Shown one piece after another: positions 10,347 through 17,432 of a DNA stretch of 32,000 nt. The notes under the pieces are model-generated. The model ran no database searches and was not told where the DNA came from. It saw nothing but the letters and a program-made list of their open reading frames with translations. The stretch lies in contig NZ_BCZP01000011.1 in the NCBI RefSeq assembly GCF_001598795.1, positions 60,001 to 92,000 on the forward strand, read 5' to 3'. This DNA comes from Delftia acidovorans NBRC 14950 (lineage in GTDB: Bacteria; Pseudomonadota; Gammaproteobacteria; Burkholderiales; Burkholderiaceae_C). The stretch's first letter is position 1, and every line of letters begins with the position of its first letter. Both the position numbers and the translations under genes were made by a program.

Positions 10347-11350
10347 TCGTCACTCTCCCTGGCCTGCTCGGCAATATTCATGGTGCTTGGCAAGCGCTCT
10401 TCTCCCCATAAGAACCGGCACAGCAAGGCCACTTGCCCTGCTGCGACGAAGGTGGGCGCATGCCCCACCCCTTCAAATTCCACGCAATGCGCCTTCGGTC
10501 CGCGCTGCGCCATGGCCTGCGCCGTGGCCGCAGTCAGCAGATCGGACTGCGCACCACGAACTAGCAAGACGCGTGCCTTGATCTGGTCATACAGCTGCCA
10601 CAGCAGCGCTTCGCCGGCCTGGGCCATCTCGGGCGTCATCTGCTGCAGGGACACTGCAATCTGAGGGTCATAGTGCAAGACAAGGCCGCCATCGGCGGCC
10701 GGCCGCATCATAGGTCGCGTCAATCGCAACCATTGCCCTTCGCTATGTGGGCCGAAGCCTTCGGAAATCAAGAGCAGCGCATGGGCTGCCTGTTCAAGAT
10801 TTTCAAAATGCACGCCCTTGCCCAGGTACTGACATATGCGCTCCAGGGCAGACCACTCGATGACAGGCCCCACATCGTTGAGCACCAGCCTGCGGATGGG
10901 CGCCGGCAGCGGCAGCCCCGGCTGGCCTGCAAGCGCCATGCCGATCAACCCGCCCATGCTGGTGCCCACCCAATCCAATTGTTCGACAGGCGCCTGCGCA
11001 TGCACCTGGGCCAGCAAGGCCAGCATGTCGGCTGCGTAAAGAGGCACCTGGTAGGCGGCCGGATCCTGCAGCCAGTCGCTTTCGCCACGCCCGACCACGT
11101 CGGGGCAGATCACGCGGGCGCGTTCGCTGAGCCGCTCGGCCAGCACGTCGAAGTCACGCCCCTGGCGCGACAGGCCGTGCACGCAGACCACGACATGGGG
11201 ATGGTGCGGATCGCCGGTGCGATTCCATTCCCAATAGGCCATGCGGTGCGACGCATTATCTTGAGCAGCCGAGCTGGCAGTACGGCTCCAGGGTGAGGCA
11301 CGCCCGGCAACTGCCGGGCAGGATACGTAGTTCAGCGTAGGATGATTCAT
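10343..11350 (-). CDS. Alpha/beta-fold hydrolase
   Basis: 335 aa from MNHPTLNYVSCP.... It has the HG oxyanion motif (VVVCVHGLSRQGRDFD), the nucleophile elbow GTSMGG and a C-terminal GVGHAP His. Its stop TGA overlaps the relA ATG (ATGA). The track ORF reaching 12043 is an artificial upstream extension. Confidence 0.8.
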   Translation of the reverse strand: MNHPTLNYVSCPAVAGRASPWSRTASSAAQDNASHRMAYWEWNRTGDPHHPHVVVCVHGLSRQGRDFDVLAERLSERARVICPDVVGRGESDWLQDPAAYQVPLYAADMLALLAQVHAQAPVEQLDWVGTSMGGLIGMALAGQPGLPLPAPIRRLVLNDVGPVIEWSALERICQYLGKGVHFENLEQAAHALLLISEGFGPHSEGQWLRLTRPMMRPAADGGLVLHYDPQIAVSLQQMTPEMAQAGEALLWQLYDQIKARVLLVRGAQSDLLTAATAQAMAQRGPKAHCVEFEGVGHAPTFVAAGQVALLCRFLWGEERLPSTMNIAEQARESDE

Positions 11351-11419
11351 GGAAACGCATTCGCGGAGCCGGCGCCGATAATGGCTGTGTTGCATCGTAC
11401 ATTCATTCGGAGACTCTCT

Positions 11420-12214
11420 ATGTTGAAAGGCAAGACCGCCCTCGTGACCGGTTCGACCAGCGGAATCGGCCTCGGGATCGCGAAGGCGCTGGCCCGCCAG
11501 GGCGCCAATATCGTGCTCAATGGTTTCGGCGATGTGGACGGCCCCCGTGCCGAAGTGCTGGCCGCAGGCCAGGCCGCCGGCGCCCAGGTCGCCTACCACG
11601 GTGCCGACATGAGCCGCGTGGCAGACATCGAGGACATGGTCCAGTACAGCGTGCGCAACTTCGGCCAGATCGACATCCTCGTGAACAATGCCGGCATCCA
11701 GCACGTGGCACGCGTGGAAGACTTCCCGCCCGAGCGCTGGGATTCCATCATCGCCATCAACCTGTCCAGCGCCTTCCACACCTCGCGCCTGGTCCTGCCC
11801 ATGATGCAGGCGGCCGATGGCGGCAAGGGCTGGGGCCGCATCATCAACGTGGCTTCGGTGCACGGCCTCGTGGGCTCGGCGCAGAAGTCCGCCTATGTGG
11901 CGGCCAAGCACGGCATTGTCGGGCTGACCAAGGTCACGGCCCTGGAGAACGCCACCTCCGGCATCACCTGCAACGCCATCTGCCCCGGCTGGGTGCTGAC
12001 GCCGCTGGTGCAAAAGCAGGTGGACGCCAAGGCCGAGCAGCACGGCATCAGCAACGAAGAAGCCAAGAAGCTGCTGCTGGGCGAAAAGGAACCCTCGATG
12101 CAGTTCACCACGCCCGAGGAGCTTGGCGAGCTGGCCGTGTTCTTCTGCTCGCCCGCTGCCGCCAACGTGCGCGGCGTGGCCTGGAACATGGATGGCGGCT
12201 GGGCTGCGCAGTAA
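11420..12214 (+). CDS. bdhA: 3-hydroxybutyrate dehydrogenase (SDR)
   Basis: 264 aa. MLKGKTALVTGSTSGIGLGIA (TGxxxGIG), NNAG, S...YVAAKHG catalytic motif, and a C-terminal ...AWNMDGGWAAQ typical of BdhA. GGAGA SD lies 6 nt upstream of the ATG at 11420. Confidence 0.85.
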   Translation: MLKGKTALVTGSTSGIGLGIAKALARQGANIVLNGFGDVDGPRAEVLAAGQAAGAQVAYHGADMSRVADIEDMVQYSVRNFGQIDILVNNAGIQHVARVEDFPPERWDSIIAINLSSAFHTSRLVLPMMQAADGGKGWGRIINVASVHGLVGSAQKSAYVAAKHGIVGLTKVTALENATSGITCNAICPGWVLTPLVQKQVDAKAEQHGISNEEAKKLLLGEKEPSMQFTTPEELGELAVFFCSPAAANVRGVAWNMDGGWAAQ

Positions 12215-12237
12215 TCGCGGCCAGACAGATCACTGCC

Positions 12238-12267
12238 AAAAAAGGAGCGCCACGGCGCTCCTTTTTT
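12238..12267. terminator. Bidirectional rho-independent terminator between convergent bdhA and the SIMPL gene
   Basis: AAAAAAGGAGCGCC-acg-GCGCTCCTTTTTT, a perfect stem with A- and T-tracts on both sides. Confidence 0.85.
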
Positions 12268-12285
12268 CATGAATGGGTCACCCGG

Positions 12286-13032
12286 TCAGTACATCTGCAC
12301 TGAGCCCGAAACGTGGACCATCACCTGCGCCTTGCCCGCTTCCACGGACACGGCATCCATTTCCGCGCCGGCGGCCTTGGCGGACATGGCCATCATGCGC
12401 GGACGCGGCATGGGCACCGAGGTATCGCTGCTGCTCACGTTGACCTCGCGCAGGCTGTAGTTGGCAAAGCCGAAGCTCTTGGACAGCGTGGAGGCGCGCT
12501 GCTTGAACTGTTCGATGGCCTTGGCCTGGGCCTCGCCTTCGACCTTTTCACGGGCCTCGCGCGACAGGCCGAAGCCCACTTGCGACAGCGTCATGTCCTG
12601 CACCTGGGCCGCCGTCTGCGTGATGCGCGCGAAGTCGCGGCCCTGCAGAAGAATCTCGGCGCGGCCCTGCCAGCCTTCCACCTTGTTGTCCTTGCCATAG
12701 CGCGGATAGATGCCGAAGCTGCCGGTGCTCACATCCATCTGGCCCGACTGGGCGCTGCGCTTGGTCACTGCCATGGCGGCCTCGACCACTTTCTGCAGCT
12801 GGGACTGGACCGTGGCCGCATCGCGCCCTTCGCGCGTGGCCGACAAGGTGGCGGTCAGCAAGTCCTGCACCACATCCACCGAGCCTTCTGCAGACAACTG
12901 CACCACATTGGCCGGCTGTGCCTGCGCCGTGGCGGCGTTCTGCGCCCAGGCACCGCTGGCACAGGCCAGCGCAGTGGCCGCGACCACGGACTTGACCCAG
13001 GGGCGGGACAGCTGTTTGGAAAGCTTGCTCAT
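12286..13032 (-). CDS. SIMPL-domain (DUF541, YggE-like) periplasmic protein
   Basis: 248 aa from MSKLSKQL.... Signal peptide ends ...ALACASGAWA|QNA. The body (VQLSAEGSVDVVQDLLTATLS...QKVVEAAMAV...) is SIMPL/YggE-like. Confidence 0.7.
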   Translation of the reverse strand: MSKLSKQLSRPWVKSVVAATALACASGAWAQNAATAQAQPANVVQLSAEGSVDVVQDLLTATLSATREGRDAATVQSQLQKVVEAAMAVTKRSAQSGQMDVSTGSFGIYPRYGKDNKVEGWQGRAEILLQGRDFARITQTAAQVQDMTLSQVGFGLSREAREKVEGEAQAKAIEQFKQRASTLSKSFGFANYSLREVNVSSSDTSVPMPRPRMMAMSAKAAGAEMDAVSVEAGKAQVMVHVSGSVQMY

Positions 13033-13343
13033 GCGTTCACCCTTTGAAATGAAAGGTAGTTCAGGGATACAACTGCATGCCGCCCTTTCGCTACGGCATG
13101 CCGCCAGATGGTGACAGGTGTGGAGCCGTTCAGGCCTATTCGCCCCGTCATTCACAACATTATTGCAACGATAAATGCATCAACGCGATGAACCCATAGT
13201 TAAATATTCTAAAGACACATTTTCCGTTCTAAATTTAAACGCAACATCTGTAACACACGGCAAAAGTTCGGGGTTTTGACCAGACTTTTCAGCCCAAGCT
13301 GGTAACAATGGCGGCTGTTACAAATGACCGACCGAGGATGAAC

Positions 13344-14075
13344 ATGGCCACTACGACCAACCGCACCGACAAGATCCTGGTGGTGGATGACGATGCGCGC
13401 ATCCGCGACCTGCTGCGCCGCTACCTGACGCAGGAAGGCTTCGAGATCATGATTGCCGAAGATGGCAAGGCGCTGAACCGCATCCTGCTGCGCGAGACCG
13501 TGGACCTGATCGTGCTTGACCTGATGATGCCCGGCGAGGATGGCCTGTCCATCTGCCGCCGCCTGCGCTCGGCCAATGACCGCACGCCCATCATCATGCT
13601 GACCGCCAAGGGCGAGGATGTGGACCGCATCGTGGGCCTGGAAGTGGGCGCCGACGACTACCTGGGCAAGCCCTTCAACCCCCGCGAACTGCTGGCCCGC
13701 ATCCATGCCGTGCTGCGCCGCCGCCCGCCGCAGGAAGCGCCGGGCGCGCCTTCCGGCGACAACGAGGTGGTGAGCTTCGGCCCCTTCACCTTCGACCTGG
13801 GCACGCGCGTGCTGCAAAAGAATGGCGAGGAACTGCCGCTGACCACGGGCGAATTCGCCATGCTCAAGGCCCTGGTGCGCCACCCGCGCCAGCCGCTGTC
13901 GCGCGAGAAGCTGGCCCTGCTGGCGCGCGGCCGCGAGTTCGAGCCCTTCGACCGCAGCCTGGACGTGCAGGTCTCGCGCCTGCGCAAGCTGATCGAGGAA
14001 GATGCCGCCGCACCGCGCTATATCCAGACGGTCTGGGGTGTGGGCTACGTGTTCGTACCCGATGGCGCGAACTGA
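13344..14075 (+). CDS. ompR: OmpR-family response regulator
   Basis: 243 aa. Receiver domain (KILVVDDDARIRDLL..., DLIVLDLMMPGEDG, IIMLTAKG) and winged-helix output (...RYIQTVWGVGYVFVP). Collinear with E. coli OmpR. Start taken at MATTTN (GAGGA 5 nt upstream); the ATG at 13338 is also possible. Confidence 0.9.
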   Translation: MATTTNRTDKILVVDDDARIRDLLRRYLTQEGFEIMIAEDGKALNRILLRETVDLIVLDLMMPGEDGLSICRRLRSANDRTPIIMLTAKGEDVDRIVGLEVGADDYLGKPFNPRELLARIHAVLRRRPPQEAPGAPSGDNEVVSFGPFTFDLGTRVLQKNGEELPLTTGEFAMLKALVRHPRQPLSREKLALLARGREFEPFDRSLDVQVSRLRKLIEEDAAAPRYIQTVWGVGYVFVPDGAN

Positions 14076-14083
14076 AATGCATC

Positions 14084-14190
14084 ACCCCCTGAGGCGCTGC
14101 GCGCCTTCCCCCTCTCTCGCTACGCGGGAGGGGGACGACGCCCTCGCCGCGAGGCGGCTCTTGCTCGGCGTCCCTGGGTTGGGGCCGTAA
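14084..14190. repeat. GC-rich multi-palindrome (REP-like) element in the ompR-envZ spacer
   Basis: Three consecutive hairpins: GGCGC-tgc-GCGCC (14093-14105), TCCCCCTC...GAGGGGGA (14107-14135, 8-10 bp stem) and CCTCG-ccg-CGAGG (14142-14154). It is non-coding by composition. Genome-wide repetition cannot be tested from this window. Confidence 0.4.
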
Positions 14191-14318
14191 CGTTTTATGT
14201 GCCGTTGACAATGCGCAGCGCCAAAACCTCACCCTGTCGACCGAGACAACCGGTAACGCAGGCTGGCCGGCACAGGCGTAATCTCGCAGCCGGCCCCTAG
14301 AATGACGAACCGCATTCC

Positions 14319-15821
14319 ATGAGTTCCTTCACCGTCCCGCCCCACGACGCCACCAGCCCTGCGCCGCTCGACTACGAGCGGCGCATGACTGCGCGCTCTC
14401 CGCTGGGACTCAATCTTTTCTGGCGCACCTTCTGCCTGCTGGCCCTGCTGCTGGTGGGCAGCATCCTGGCGTGGCTGCAGACGCTGCGTGCCTTCGAGTT
14501 CGAGCCGCGCACGCTGCACACCGCCCAGCAGATCGCCTCGCTGGTCAACCTCAGCCGCGCGGCCCTGGTGCATTCGGATGCCATCAACCGCGTCTCTCTG
14601 ATCAAGACCATGGCCGACCAGGAAGGCGTGCGCATTCTGCCGCGCGAGCCTGGTGACAGCTTCGAGCTGCTGGACCAGAGCACGCTGGGCAAGCGCCTGA
14701 CCGAGGAGCTCACGCGCCGCCTGGGCTACGGCACCATCGTGGCGCGTAGCGTCAATGGCGAACCGGGGCTGTGGGTGGGCTTCACCATCAATGGCGACCG
14801 CACATGGCTGCTGATGGACCGCTCGCGCTTCACGCCGGCCAGCGGGCGCACCTGGCTGATCTGGCTGATCACGGCCGGCCTGCTGTCCCTCGCGGGCGCG
14901 GCAGCCATCGCGCGCCTGATCAACCGGCCGCTCAAGCAGTTGAGCTATGCGGCCAACCGCGTGCGAGATGGCGACTTTGACGCCAGCCAGCTCGACGAGG
15001 AAGCCGTCACCAGCGAGATCCGCGAGGTCAACATCGGCTTCAACCGCATGGCGCAGAAACTGGCCCAGCTGGAGCAGGACCGCGCGGTGATGCTGGCTGG
15101 CATCTCCCACGACCTGCGCACGCCACTCGCCCGCCTGCGGCTGGAGACCGAGATGAGCGTGGTGGACGACGTGGCGCGCGAGCATATGGTGGCCGACATC
15201 GTGCAGCTGGACGCCACCATCGACAAATTCCTGGACTACGCCCGCCCCGACCATGTGACCCTCAACCCGGTCAACCTGCATGCCGTGGTGTCTTCCTGCG
15301 TCTATGCGGTGCAGGACCACCGCGAGCTGCAGATCAGCATGGCCGTGCCCGAAGGCGTCTATGTACTGGCCGACGAGGTGGAACTGGCGCGCGTGATCTC
15401 CAACCTGTTCGAGAACGCACGCCGCTACGGCAAGACGCCAGAGACCGAAACCACCCACGTGGACGTGACGGCATCGGAGCGCGAAAGCTGGGTCGTGATT
15501 CGCATCCGCGACCATGGCCGGGGCGTGCCGCCCGAGCAGTTGGCCAGCCTGACCCAGCCCTTCTTCCGTGGCGACTCTGCGCGCACGGCCGCAGCGGGCG
15601 CGGGCCTGGGCCTGTCCATCGTGGACAAGACGGTGCAGCGCATGGGCGGCGTGTTTGCGCTGTCCAACTCCTCCACGGGCGGGCTGGTTGCCCATGTGCA
15701 GTTGCAGCGTGCCTCGGGCGTGGCCAAGGGTGCCGAGCCCGAGCAGCGTCTGCAGCGCCCGCAGATCAAGCGCCAGCTGCCTCCGCGTGCGCAGGACGGC
15801 GCCCTGGACGGAGAAGACTGA
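14319..15821 (+). CDS. envZ: EnvZ-like osmosensor histidine kinase
   Basis: 500 aa. Two TM segments, HAMP, H-box GISHDLRTPLARLRLE, N-box NLFENARRYG, G1 RDHGRGVP and G2 GAGLGLSIV. No clear SD at 14319; an alternative start is the ATG at 14385 (MTARSPL...). Confidence 0.85.
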   Translation: MSSFTVPPHDATSPAPLDYERRMTARSPLGLNLFWRTFCLLALLLVGSILAWLQTLRAFEFEPRTLHTAQQIASLVNLSRAALVHSDAINRVSLIKTMADQEGVRILPREPGDSFELLDQSTLGKRLTEELTRRLGYGTIVARSVNGEPGLWVGFTINGDRTWLLMDRSRFTPASGRTWLIWLITAGLLSLAGAAAIARLINRPLKQLSYAANRVRDGDFDASQLDEEAVTSEIREVNIGFNRMAQKLAQLEQDRAVMLAGISHDLRTPLARLRLETEMSVVDDVAREHMVADIVQLDATIDKFLDYARPDHVTLNPVNLHAVVSSCVYAVQDHRELQISMAVPEGVYVLADEVELARVISNLFENARRYGKTPETETTHVDVTASERESWVVIRIRDHGRGVPPEQLASLTQPFFRGDSARTAAAGAGLGLSIVDKTVQRMGGVFALSNSSTGGLVAHVQLQRASGVAKGAEPEQRLQRPQIKRQLPPRAQDGALDGED

Positions 15822-15860
15822 GCCCGCAGTGCGCGTTCGTCAGATACGTTCGGCAGATAC

Positions 15861-15900
15861 AAAGGCCCCGGCGATCATTGACCGATCGCCGGGGCCTTTT
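15861..15900. terminator. Terminator hairpin between convergent envZ and ispF
   Basis: AAAGGCCCCGGCGATC-attgacc-GATCGCCGGGGCCTTTT, a 15-bp perfect stem with a T-run on the plus strand. Confidence 0.8.
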
Positions 15901-15924
15901 GCCATGGGGACGGCACCCCGCTGG

Positions 15925-16404
15925 TCAGGCGCGGAACAGCAAGGCGGCGGCGCGCGCCTCCATGGCCTGTTGCTGGCCCACGGGCCCGAGCTTCTCGGCC
16001 GTCTTGGCCTTGACGTTGACCTGGTCCAGCGCCAGGCCCAGCGCCGTGGCGATGCGCTCGCGCATGGCAGGAATGTGCGGCGCCAGCTTGGGAGCCTGGG
16101 CAATGATGGTGCTGTCGATGTTGCCAATCTCCAGGCCCGTGGCGCGCACGCGGCGCGCAGCTTCCACCAGCAGCACCAGCGAATCGGCGCCACGGAATTC
16201 GGGGTCGGTGTCGGGGAAATGCCGGCCGATGTCGCCCAGCGCCGCGCCGCCCAGCAACGCGTCGGTGATGGCGTGCAGCAGCACGTCGGCATCGGAGTGG
16301 CCCAGCAGCCCCAGTTCATGCGGCACCTCGATGCCGCCCAGGATCAGCTTGCGCCCGGGCACCAGGGCATGCACGTCCCAGCCCTCGCCAATACGAAAAT
16401 TCAT
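15925..16404 (-). CDS. ispF: 2-C-methyl-D-erythritol 2,4-cyclodiphosphate synthase
   Basis: 159 aa. [17 protein letters not shown]...[20 protein letters not shown]...[11 protein letters not shown] is the classic IspF signature. Confidence 0.95.
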   Translation of the reverse strand: MNFRIGEGWDVHALVPGRKLILGGIEVPHELGLLGHSDADVLLHAITDALLGGAALGDIGRHFPDTDPEFRGADSLVLLVEAARRVRATGLEIGNIDSTIIAQAPKLAPHIPAMRERIATALGLALDQVNVKAKTAEKLGPVGQQQAMEARAAALLFRA

Positions 16405-16420
16405 GTGAAACATTCCAGGT

Positions 16421-17251
16421 TCAGAAAAACGGATTGCCCGACGCCTGCGGCTGGTCGCGCTTGCCCCGGTAGCGTTCCAGCGTCGCGCCATGCGCGCGCT
16501 GCGACAGCACGGCGGCAGCCAGCGCAAAGTCGTCGGGATAGGTGACCTTGAAGTTCTGCGCGCCGCCGGGCACCAGGCGCGGGCGCTGGCCCACGGCCTC
16601 CATGGCGCTGGCCTCGTCGGTCACGGCCGATCCCGCGTGCTCCAGGGCGTCGAGCAGCGGCGCGATGCGAAACATCTGCGGCGTCTGCGCCAGCCATTTG
16701 TCGCTGCGGTCCACCGTGCCCGCCACGCGCACCCCGCCAGGCCCGGTCACGGCTGTCTTGAGCGTGTCGGGCAGCTTGTGCGCCAGCAGGCCGCCCACGG
16801 CATCGTGCTCGCAGGCGTCGATCAGGGCATCGATCAGTTCGGGCGTCACCAGGCAGCGCGCGGCGTCGTGCACCAGCACCCAGTCATGCGCACTCGCACC
16901 GCGCGCCAGCAGCTCCTTCAGGCCGTTGGTCACGGATTCGGCCCGCGTGGTGCCGCCGCAGGCCGCCGTGGAGTAGCGCGTGGGCGACGGGCCCGGCAGG
17001 CCCTGGCGCCAGAAATCATCGCCGGGGGCAATCACCACCAGCGTGTGGTGCACGCGCGCTGCACCGGCAAAGGCGGCCAGCGTGTGCGCCACCATGGGCG
17101 CACCGGCCACCAGATGGTATTGCTTGGGCAGTTCAGGCGCAGGCGCATCGGGTGCGATGGCGCGCGAGCCCGTGCCCGCACAGGGGATCAAGGCCCACAG
17201 GCGGGCCGGCTCCAGGGACGCGGGCGCAGCCGCCGCAAGCAGATCTGTCAT
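16421..17251 (-). CDS. ispD: 2-C-methyl-D-erythritol 4-phosphate cytidylyltransferase
   Basis: 276 aa from MTDLLAAA.... [10 protein letters not shown] glycine-rich loop, ...VLVHDAARC..., and position 16 nt upstream of ispF. Confidence 0.9.
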   Translation of the reverse strand: MTDLLAAAAPASLEPARLWALIPCAGTGSRAIAPDAPAPELPKQYHLVAGAPMVAHTLAAFAGAARVHHTLVVIAPGDDFWRQGLPGPSPTRYSTAACGGTTRAESVTNGLKELLARGASAHDWVLVHDAARCLVTPELIDALIDACEHDAVGGLLAHKLPDTLKTAVTGPGGVRVAGTVDRSDKWLAQTPQMFRIAPLLDALEHAGSAVTDEASAMEAVGQRPRLVPGGAQNFKVTYPDDFALAAAVLSQRAHGATLERYRGKRDQPQASGNPFF

Positions 17252-17432
17252 GGAGGCGCATTGTAGTGACCGCCATGCGCGGCCACGAGCGGCCATGAGC
17301 CACCATGGACATGCGGGCATGCCTGCATGGCCGTCATGCGTGCTGGCTAAAATGGTTCGATACCCCTCTGCGCGTGCCGAGGGGTTTTGTCGTTACTTCG
17401 CCCAGGCGCTGCGGCGCCAACGTCCAAGCACC

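Noticed and set aside
15841-15860. Direct repeat CAGATAC-gttcgg-CAGATAC after envZ.
   Set aside because: It is a 7-bp repeat only, immediately upstream of the strong terminator hairpin, and is most simply explained by chance.
16980-17432. N-terminal extensions of track ORFs: mfd from 16980, the hydrolase to 12043, the Lrp gene from 24566, the membrane protein from 19895, serB from 21264, ispF to 16527, ispD to 17320 and rhtA to 25762.
   Set aside because: The extensions run through neighbouring genes or their antisense strands and lack SD sequences. They precede internal starts that match family N-termini and have proper SD spacing.
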